This document shows positions 51,389-58,645 of a DNA stretch of 64,000 bases, piece by piece (position 1 is the stretch's first letter; every line of letters begins with the position of its first letter). The notes under the pieces were generated by a model. It had not been told where the DNA came from. It did no database searches and saw nothing but the letters and a program-made list of their open reading frames with translations. This DNA comes from Prolixibacteraceae bacterium (GTDB lineage: Bacteria; Bacteroidota; Bacteroidia; Bacteroidales; Prolixibacteraceae), in contig WTWZ01000004.1 in assembly GCA_009773765.1 (NCBI GenBank), positions 66,507 to 130,506 of the forward strand, written 5' to 3'. The translations under genes and the position numbers were made by a program.

Positions 51389-53146
51389 ATGAAAAAGTTT
51401 TACTTTCTTTTTGCTTTTTTACTAAGCATTTTTTCAAATCAATCTAATGGACAATCCATTACGATTCCAGGAGGAACTCAGTATTTATCTGTTGATTCGA
51501 TTACGTTTGTATATGAAAACCCCGGATTCGTATCAACAGACTGGATTGGTATCTATCCAGAAGGAATTAAACCGGGCGACCAGGCATCCACAGCCTGGCA
51601 ATATGTAACAGGCTCTTCAGGTAATGCAGTTATTAAAGACACAATCCCTGGCGGCAAATACGTTGCATATTTGCTTTGCTGCGATGGTTATGAAGTTAAG
51701 GCTTCAACAGTTGTTATTACAATTCTTGAGCCCAAAATTTCATCATTATCACCATCATATCTTGCTGGGGACACTATTGCCTTTACTTTCGAAAGCCCGT
51801 TGTTCGCACCTACCGACTGGATTGGGATTTATAATGATAATGGCGTTCCCCCCAGCGGAAGCAATGCCTCAATCGAATGGGGTTATATCCCTGCTAATTC
51901 AGGGGTAATGAAATTTACGACAAAATTAATTCCCGGCAATTACATTGCATATTTGTTATGTTGCGACGGATACCGCGTTTTAGATGGTATTCGTTTTATA
52001 ATTGAAGACCCGAAAACTGCTTTTGTAAGGCCTGTAAAAATGGCATTTGGAACTACCGACAAAATTGCTTTCAACTTTAACAATCCCGATTATGAGGACG
52101 AAGACTGGCTTGGTGTATATTATGCCGGCGATGACCCCGAAAAAGTTCCTGCGGTGGCATGGAAATATATAAAATCCACAAAAGGGACAATAACACTTGA
52201 CGATGTATTGCCGGCAGGCTCCTATGAAGCTTATATTTTCTGCTGCGATGCTACTGATATTATGATTGCCAAATCTGAGGTTTTCACTTCTGCCGGGGGC
52301 GCTGCAAGTTCGTTCATCAGAACATCAGCATCAGTTTATCCTCCAAATTCACTTGTTTTAATTAATTACAGAAGCTCAGGCTTTACCAATACCGATTGGA
52401 TTGGCATTTATAACGACAACGGAATAGCTCCTGGTTCGGGAGGGCCGTCAATTGCCTATGTTTATGCACCTGCCGACTCTGGAACAGTAACATTTACTAC
52501 TGTGCTTGCTCCGGGGAAATATGTTGCTTATTTATTGTGTTGTGATGGATATAATGTGAAAGCTAAATCTAATTTCTCAGTTGGCGATGCCACCTCAAAA
52601 GTAATGGTAGCAACTTCATTTACATTTGGCAAATCCGACTCTCTATTTTTTAGGTACAACAACCCCGGCTTTTCATCTACCGACTGGATAGGCATATACA
52701 AATCGGGAGATGTGCCGGGAAACATCAATTCAATAACTTGGGATTATTTAAAAACAGCGTCAGGGAGAATGGCTTTTGCCAACACCCTTAATGTGGGAGA
52801 ATATTGGGCAGGGCTCTTCTGTTGCGATGGTTATGAACTTTATGCCAAATCTACTTTTATGGTTGTTGAAGGAACTCCGGTTTCGGCAAGAAATATTGAG
52901 TCAGAAAAAAGCAAACTTATAGTGTTCCCCAATCCATCAAACGGGCAGTTTACTTTACTTTCACAAGGAAATACAGTACTTGGGCAGGTTGAAGTTTTCA
53001 GCATTTCGGGCAAACTTATGTATTCTGAAAAAATAAACAATCCAGGAATCCTGACCATCAACCTTAAAAGATTAGACGCCGGAGTTTATATTTTGAAAGC
53101 AATGTCGGAAAGCGATATGTTTACAACCAAAATTATTATTCAATAA
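51389..53146 (+). CDS. T9SS-exported protein made of five tandem DWIGIY/CC-motif modules (SGBP-position protein, function unknown)
   Basis: 585 aa with a signal peptide, five repeats of about 92-97 aa, and a type-A CTD (LIVFPNPSNGQFTL...GVYILKAMSESDMFTTKIIIQ). Confidence 0.85.
   Translation: MKKFYFLFAFLLSIFSNQSNGQSITIPGGTQYLSVDSITFVYENPGFVSTDWIGIYPEGIKPGDQASTAWQYVTGSSGNAVIKDTIPGGKYVAYLLCCDGYEVKASTVVITILEPKISSLSPSYLAGDTIAFTFESPLFAPTDWIGIYNDNGVPPSGSNASIEWGYIPANSGVMKFTTKLIPGNYIAYLLCCDGYRVLDGIRFIIEDPKTAFVRPVKMAFGTTDKIAFNFNNPDYEDEDWLGVYYAGDDPEKVPAVAWKYIKSTKGTITLDDVLPAGSYEAYIFCCDATDIMIAKSEVFTSAGGAASSFIRTSASVYPPNSLVLINYRSSGFTNTDWIGIYNDNGIAPGSGGPSIAYVYAPADSGTVTFTTVLAPGKYVAYLLCCDGYNVKAKSNFSVGDATSKVMVATSFTFGKSDSLFFRYNNPGFSSTDWIGIYKSGDVPGNINSITWDYLKTASGRMAFANTLNVGEYWAGLFCCDGYELYAKSTFMVVEGTPVSARNIESEKSKLIVFPNPSNGQFTLLSQGNTVLGQVEVFSISGKLMYSEKINNPGILTINLKRLDAGVYILKAMSESDMFTTKIIIQ
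51461..52864 (+). repeat. Coding tandem repeat array: 5 copies of a ~92-97-aa module
   Basis: D-W anchors fall at residues 51/143/239/336/432 and Cys-Cys at 97-98/191-192/285-286/384-385/478-479 of the ORF translation. Confidence 0.85.
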
Positions 53147-53193
53147 TGGCTTTAAATTTAACCTGTTATATTTTGAAATAATTATTAACTATA

Positions 53194-53231
53194 TTCTACT
53201 CTGTTTAAATGAACAGGGTAGAATTTTTTTT
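53194..53231 (+). terminator. Intrinsic terminator after the repeat-protein gene (inside the SusCD locus)
   Basis: 12-bp stem ttctactctgtt / aacagggtagaa (one G-U pair), a 6-nt loop, then a T8 tract. It lies 48 nt after the stop. Confidence 0.7.
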
Positions 53232-53272
53232 ATAAAATCAGTTTGAAACGTTTTGAAAAATTCAGGATTATC

Positions 53273-55759
53273 ATGATGAAGTTTTTACTCCATTTAAAAT
53301 TTTTATCACGCAATAAATTCTCCTTTCTGTTTATTTTTTTGACGGGATTTAACAATTACTGTTATACACAGGTAATAATACCCTATTTGCAATCGCCATC
53401 CCCAACAACCATCCTGGTTTCCTGGAAAACCGGAACAGGGACTGAAACAATAGTAAAAATCGGGACAGATTCGCTTAATCTAAACCAAACATTTACCGGA
53501 AGTCATCAGAAACTGACAGATTCCGGATATACTGGCAATTATTTTTACCACAGCGTCCAGCTTACCGGGCTTCAGCCTTCATCGTTTTATTATTACAAAG
53601 CAATTACCGGGGCAATTGAGTCAAAAACATACCGTTTTAAAACCCAACCTGAAAATGGCAACAATTTTGGCCATTTCCGGTTTCTCATAATTGGGGATAA
53701 CCAGATTGCAAACCGTGATGGTTTTGAGCGATTGATGTCGGCGGCAAATAATAAGGTATTTCAAAAATACGGCGGTTCAATTGAAGAAAATATCAATCTA
53801 ATAATGAATGTCGGCGACCAGGTTGATGAAGGAAATTTATTTCAATATGAAAATGTGCATTTTGGGAAATCAAAACTATTATCGCCAAATTTGCCAATAA
53901 TGACTGCTGTGGGAAACCATGAAACCTATGGTACCATGGGGCTGGAAGCATATTACCATCATTTTTTTTACGACAAACTCCGCTATAAGGGAATTGTTAG
54001 CCCCGGCGGTGAAGATTATTACTCCTTTCAGGCGGGGCGCGTTGTGTTTGTTGTATTAAGCAGCGAGCATCCAAACATTGACCAGGTACGATGGGTTCAG
54101 CAATTAATAGATTCGGTTAAAGTTGATAAAGATGTTGATTGGTTAATAAGCGTTGCACACCGGCCAATCCAGGCTGAACAATATATCGATGATATTTCTC
54201 CGTATATCAAAAACCAGGTTGTGCCGATATTAACACAAAGCCCAAAATCGGTGATATTGATTACCGGCCATCACCATCTGTATGCCCGCGGCCAACTGGC
54301 CGATTTCCCCATGTACCATATCATTTCGGGCGCTGCTTCGTGGGATCAATTTTGGGGGCAATCTGTTGAAAAAGATTATGACAATGTTCAGAAAACAATC
54401 GATTTCTGGGCATATCAAATAGTAGATATCGACCTTGAAAAACAAGAAATGCAAGTTGAAAGTTATGCAATCGGCAGCCCAAAACTTGGATTTACATTGA
54501 ATAATGTTTTAATCGATTCGTTTCACAGAACATTCGGAAACCCGATTCCTTCTCAACCAAAAATAGCAACAGAAGTTCCGGATACTATCCAATTGCCCTT
54601 TACATTTAAAAGTTCGGAATTTCAAACCAAATCGGGCGAAGAACTTAACAGCACACAATTCCAGGTTTCGGCAAACGAAGAATTTATAAATCCTGATAAA
54701 GATATTATTCGCGATTTTGAAAATCTTTACGGCTCTACCGGCAATCCCGGATATTTACCTGTCGATATTAATAAAAATATAAACCTACTTGAATACAAAA
54801 TTAAACAGTATGGGCTCCCAAATGGCAGATATTTTATCCGTGTCCGCCATCGCGATAAAAATTTGGAATGGTCGGACTGGTCAAATAAAAAGTCGTTTAT
54901 TGTTACAAAAAGCACAGAAGGAATTTCTGAAGTATCGACACTGAAAAAGTATTTTGATATAAATGAACCCATTAATATTTTTTATAAAAATGGCCCGGCC
55001 AACCAAAAAGACTGGATTGGGATTTACCGAAAGGGGGAAACTCCGGGCAGTGGAAGCTATTCAACCGATTGGAAATATGTAAATTCACCTTCAGGAATGG
55101 TAACCCTTCAGGTGAACGCACCAGGCGAATATTTTGCCGTTTTGTTTAGCAACGATGGGTACACCGAAATCTCACAACGGGTTTGGATAAATATAACATC
55201 TATTCCGGTTACAACCACAAGCAAATCCGTTTATGACGAGAGGGAGAAAATAGTGGTAAATTTTTTAAACGCACCTTCTTTTAAGTACGACTGGATTGGC
55301 ATTTACAAACTCGGCAATATTCCTGGAATGGTTGGATCAACCGATTGGAAGTATGTTTCAGGGAAAACCGGCTCGGTAATATTTAACAGCCTGCCCCCGG
55401 GAAATTATTTTGCAAACTATTTTTTGCTTAACGGGTATGACGAACCCGGCAATAGGGTTTATTTTTCAGTTGAAACAAATGCTGTATCTGCCAAATATAA
55501 TTTGACCGGTGAAACAATAACTATCTACCCGTCGCCCACCAATGGAATGTTAAATATCGGCTTTAATAATTTCAGGGAAAATATTAAAACAATTAGTGTA
55601 ACCACACTCTTGGGACAATTGGTCTTTTTTCAGAGTTTAAAAGAGGATCATTTGAAAGAAACAGAAACCATTGATATTTCCGGCAATCAAAAAGGAATTT
55701 ATTTAATTTCCGTAACAACCCACGCTTCTACAATGACGGGAAAAGTAATTTTAAAATAA
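53273..55759 (+). CDS. Purple-acid-phosphatase-like metallophosphoesterase with two DWIGIY modules and a T9SS CTD
   Basis: It has an N-terminal PAP-type FN3-like domain (PYLQSPSPTTILVSWKT) and metallophosphoesterase blocks LIIGDNQ, NVGDQVDEG, VGNHE and ITGHHHLYARG. Two modules follow (NQKDWIGIYRKGE, KYDWIGIYKLG), then the CTD (ITIYPSPTNGMLNI...GKVILK). The ATG at 53273 is preferred over the TTG at 53243. Confidence 0.85.
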   Translation: MMKFLLHLKFLSRNKFSFLFIFLTGFNNYCYTQVIIPYLQSPSPTTILVSWKTGTGTETIVKIGTDSLNLNQTFTGSHQKLTDSGYTGNYFYHSVQLTGLQPSSFYYYKAITGAIESKTYRFKTQPENGNNFGHFRFLIIGDNQIANRDGFERLMSAANNKVFQKYGGSIEENINLIMNVGDQVDEGNLFQYENVHFGKSKLLSPNLPIMTAVGNHETYGTMGLEAYYHHFFYDKLRYKGIVSPGGEDYYSFQAGRVVFVVLSSEHPNIDQVRWVQQLIDSVKVDKDVDWLISVAHRPIQAEQYIDDISPYIKNQVVPILTQSPKSVILITGHHHLYARGQLADFPMYHIISGAASWDQFWGQSVEKDYDNVQKTIDFWAYQIVDIDLEKQEMQVESYAIGSPKLGFTLNNVLIDSFHRTFGNPIPSQPKIATEVPDTIQLPFTFKSSEFQTKSGEELNSTQFQVSANEEFINPDKDIIRDFENLYGSTGNPGYLPVDINKNINLLEYKIKQYGLPNGRYFIRVRHRDKNLEWSDWSNKKSFIVTKSTEGISEVSTLKKYFDINEPINIFYKNGPANQKDWIGIYRKGETPGSGSYSTDWKYVNSPSGMVTLQVNAPGEYFAVLFSNDGYTEISQRVWINITSIPVTTTSKSVYDEREKIVVNFLNAPSFKYDWIGIYKLGNIPGMVGSTDWKYVSGKTGSVIFNSLPPGNYFANYFLLNGYDEPGNRVYFSVETNAVSAKYNLTGETITIYPSPTNGMLNIGFNNFRENIKTISVTTLLGQLVFFQSLKEDHLKETETIDISGNQKGIYLISVTTHASTMTGKVILK

Positions 55760-55781
55760 AATTTGGATTATCAAGAAAAAA

Positions 55782-55901
55782 GTGATTTCGTTTATTCTAT
55801 CCTTTCTTTTTCTGGTTTTCTGTTCACAAAACAAAAAAACTGATCCCTGGATAATTTCTTCACCATCAGGAAGTAAATTTACCAAGATCGAAAAGGATTG
55901 A
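55782..55901 (+). pseudogene. Orphaned lipoprotein signal-peptide ORF (39 codons) ending in TGA, in frame with the downstream phosphoesterase
   Basis: The GTG at 55782 encodes (M)ISFILSFLFLVFCSQNKK..., a lipobox ending at Cys. A TGA sits at 55899-55901. The same frame then stays open with propeller-like sequence (IIPNGRIIAPARKSIAVAPHPYGLTLSSDGNTAVTANSG) up to the ATG at 56136. Confidence 0.6.
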
Positions 55902-56135
55902 GAAGCCATAATACCAAACGGTCGGATTATTGCGCCTGCCAGAAAAAGTATCGCAGTTGCCCCCCACCCTTACGGATTAACTTTAAGCTCCGACGGGAAC
56001 ACTGCGGTTACAGCCAATTCAGGTATCAGTCCGCTTTCTATAACCATAATCAGGAAAATTCTTTCTGAAAATCCAGAAGTACAGCAAATTCCTCCCGGAC
56101 CGGCGACTGACAAAGGCATTCTGGCTTCAGTTTTT

Positions 56136-58571
56136 ATGGGTTTGGCTATTTCGAAGGATAATTCGCTGATTTATGTTTCCGGTGGACAGGAAAACAAGAT
56201 TTATATTTTCGATTTGAACTCGGGTGAAAAAAAGGATTCAATCGACTGTTCTTTTGTTTCTGAAATTGTGGATTACTCACACGGCTACATTGGCGATATG
56301 GTTCTTTCGAAGGATGGGAAAAAATTGTATGCCGTTGACCAGATTGGTTTCAGGATGTTGATTATCGATACTGAAACAGGAAAACTGGAACACAACGTTC
56401 CGGTGGGCAGGTATCCGTTTGGAATTTGCCTTTCGCCCGATGAACAAAAGGTTTATGTCGCCAATGTAGGGATGTTTCAGTACAGCATGATACGCGGAAT
56501 TACCGAAGAAAACGTGATTGCAAAAGCGATGAAATACCCTGCATTTGCCTATGGCAGTAAGGAAATGATTGAAGGAATTGAAACTGACAGCGTTTCAATT
56601 CCGGGTTTGGGAGAAATGAACTCGCCCGATGCATTTTCGGTTTTTACAATCAGTTTGGCAAACACAGAAAAGCCTGAAGTAATTGCCAAAACAAAAACCG
56701 GTAATTTGGTCGGCGCTTTGGTTGAGGGAATTCCGGCAGTTGGCGGTGCAAGCCCCAATTCGCTGGTTGCCACCGATAAATATGTTTTTGTAACCAACGG
56801 AACCAACGACAATATTTCGGTAATTTCCATCGAAAAAGATACGGTCGTTAATACTATATATATTAAACCCGACGAACGGGTTAAACAATTCCGTGGAGTA
56901 ATTCCGTTTGGACTTGCACTTACGCCCGACAACCAGAAACTATATGTCGCCTGCTCGGGAATCAATGCTGTGGCTGTTGTTGATGTCACAAAATTGAAGG
57001 TTACAGGTTTTATTCCCACCGGCTGGTTTCCGGCCAAACTCAAGGTGAGCAACGATGGCAAAAAACTCATTGTTTCAAATGCCAAAGGTTTTGGAAGCGG
57101 ACCAAACGGAGGTTCCACTTTTGATAGTGGCCCTGAGGGAAGTTACATTGGTTCACTGATGAAAGGCTCCGTTCAGGTTGTTGATATTCCTTCAGATGAA
57201 GAATTGAAAGCATATACAGAAAAGGTAATTTCAAATAATTTCAATTTCGAAAAAGCCAGTGCAGAAAAATTTGCCGGCAGGAAGAATAACCCTGTACCGC
57301 TATTCCCAGGCGAAAAAGTAAGTCCGATAAAACACATTGTTTTTATTTCGAAGGAAAACCGTACATACGATGAAGTTTTTGGTCAGATTGAAAAAGGGAA
57401 AGGCGATCCTGAGCTGGCACGCTATGGAACTGGAGTAAGTTTCAGAAACAGCAAAAGATCAGCATCCGTTGAAAATGCCGACGTAATGGTGAACCATCTG
57501 AAACTCGCACGCGAATTTGCTATTTCCGACAATTTTTATGTTGATGCAGATGTTTCTGCAGATGGTCACCGCTGGCTGGTAAATACATATCCAAACCAGT
57601 GGACAGAAACCAGTACATCGGCCAGTTACGGAGGAAACCGCGAATTTAGATTCGACTCAAAAGCACCCGGGGTTTATGCCATGAACGGCGCTGCCGGAGC
57701 GATTTATCCCGAAGATTACAACGAAGCCGGTTCGATGTGGGATCACCTGGAACGGAACAACATCGATTTTTACAACTTTGGCTTCAGCATTATGTTTGAA
57801 CCGGGGATCTATGAAGAACAATACAAATACGAGGGAATCAGGCATTATATCAATTACCCTCTTCCCCAGCCTATCTGGGATCGAACCTCGAAAGTTTATC
57901 CAACCTACAACATGGCCATCCCCGACCAGTTTCGGATTGACCAGTTTCAAAAGGAATTTACCAAAAAATGGATGAACGGAAAAGATACAATGCCCGCATT
58001 AATGACAGTAATTATTCCCAACGACCACGGCGCCGAAGATCGTCCTGAAGCTGGGTACCCTTTCCGCGAAAGTTACATGGCCGACAATGATTTGGCTGTT
58101 GGCAGAATTGTGGAATTCCTATCGCACACTCCTTACTGGGAAAATATGCTAATAGTAATTACCGAAGATGATGCACAAAATGGCGTTGACCACATTGATG
58201 CACATCGCAGTATTTTAATGCTGGTTTCGCCGTGGGTGAAGAAAGATTATGTGAGCCATATCCATTACAGTTTCGGGAGTATTTTCAAAACTTTCTGGAA
58301 TATTCTCGGATTGCCGTACCTGAACCAGTACGATGCCGGGGCTACCGACATGTCCGATTTCTTTACCGAAACGCCCGATTTTACAGCATACCGCGCAATT
58401 CCGGTTGACCCAAGAATCTTCGATCCACAACAAGCGCTTGATCCGTTTGATGAAAATTTCGACTGGAAAGCGCTGGAAGAATCTCCGGTAATGGACAATA
58501 AAGAAGACATGATTAACGAAAGTAAGGAAAAAGAGGAATACCGGCTGGAGAACAGGGAGAAGGAAAAATAA
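56136..58571 (+). CDS. YncE-like beta-propeller fused to a PLC/AcpA-type phosphoesterase (N-terminus apparently severed by an in-frame stop)
   Basis: 811 aa. The propeller repeats include SKDGKKLYAVD, SPDEQKVYVANVG, TPDNQKLYVACSG and SNDGKKLIVSNAKG. The phosphoesterase-family blocks are HIVFISKENRTYDEVFGQ, VIIPNDHG and ITEDDAQNGVDHIDAHRS. The ORF as called has no signal peptide. Confidence 0.8.
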   Translation: MGLAISKDNSLIYVSGGQENKIYIFDLNSGEKKDSIDCSFVSEIVDYSHGYIGDMVLSKDGKKLYAVDQIGFRMLIIDTETGKLEHNVPVGRYPFGICLSPDEQKVYVANVGMFQYSMIRGITEENVIAKAMKYPAFAYGSKEMIEGIETDSVSIPGLGEMNSPDAFSVFTISLANTEKPEVIAKTKTGNLVGALVEGIPAVGGASPNSLVATDKYVFVTNGTNDNISVISIEKDTVVNTIYIKPDERVKQFRGVIPFGLALTPDNQKLYVACSGINAVAVVDVTKLKVTGFIPTGWFPAKLKVSNDGKKLIVSNAKGFGSGPNGGSTFDSGPEGSYIGSLMKGSVQVVDIPSDEELKAYTEKVISNNFNFEKASAEKFAGRKNNPVPLFPGEKVSPIKHIVFISKENRTYDEVFGQIEKGKGDPELARYGTGVSFRNSKRSASVENADVMVNHLKLAREFAISDNFYVDADVSADGHRWLVNTYPNQWTETSTSASYGGNREFRFDSKAPGVYAMNGAAGAIYPEDYNEAGSMWDHLERNNIDFYNFGFSIMFEPGIYEEQYKYEGIRHYINYPLPQPIWDRTSKVYPTYNMAIPDQFRIDQFQKEFTKKWMNGKDTMPALMTVIIPNDHGAEDRPEAGYPFRESYMADNDLAVGRIVEFLSHTPYWENMLIVITEDDAQNGVDHIDAHRSILMLVSPWVKKDYVSHIHYSFGSIFKTFWNILGLPYLNQYDAGATDMSDFFTETPDFTAYRAIPVDPRIFDPQQALDPFDENFDWKALEESPVMDNKEDMINESKEKEEYRLENREKEK

Positions 58572-58645
58572 ACAGATTGATTCATTTTTAGCAGACAATA
58601 AAATCAAAATATTTACCTTTCGGCCCAAAATAATCTGTTATTATC

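Noticed and set aside
55899-55901. In-frame TGA as a selenocysteine codon
   Set aside because: The codon lies in a non-conserved linker right after a lipobox, not in a redox motif. The only downstream pairing I could find is a weak 5-bp AT-only stem, which is not a SECIS-like hairpin. A nonsense mutation, a sequencing error or read-through remain the options (see the findings).
56549-57118. Long antisense ORFs (this 189-aa one, and also 23005-23421, 27481-27945, 32827-33267, 13957-14379, 4186-4590)
   Set aside because: Each lies fully inside and opposite a gene with strong family motifs. The translations are low-complexity (Ser/Pro/Thr/Phe-rich), typical of stop-poor antisense frames. I saw no independent start context or motif.
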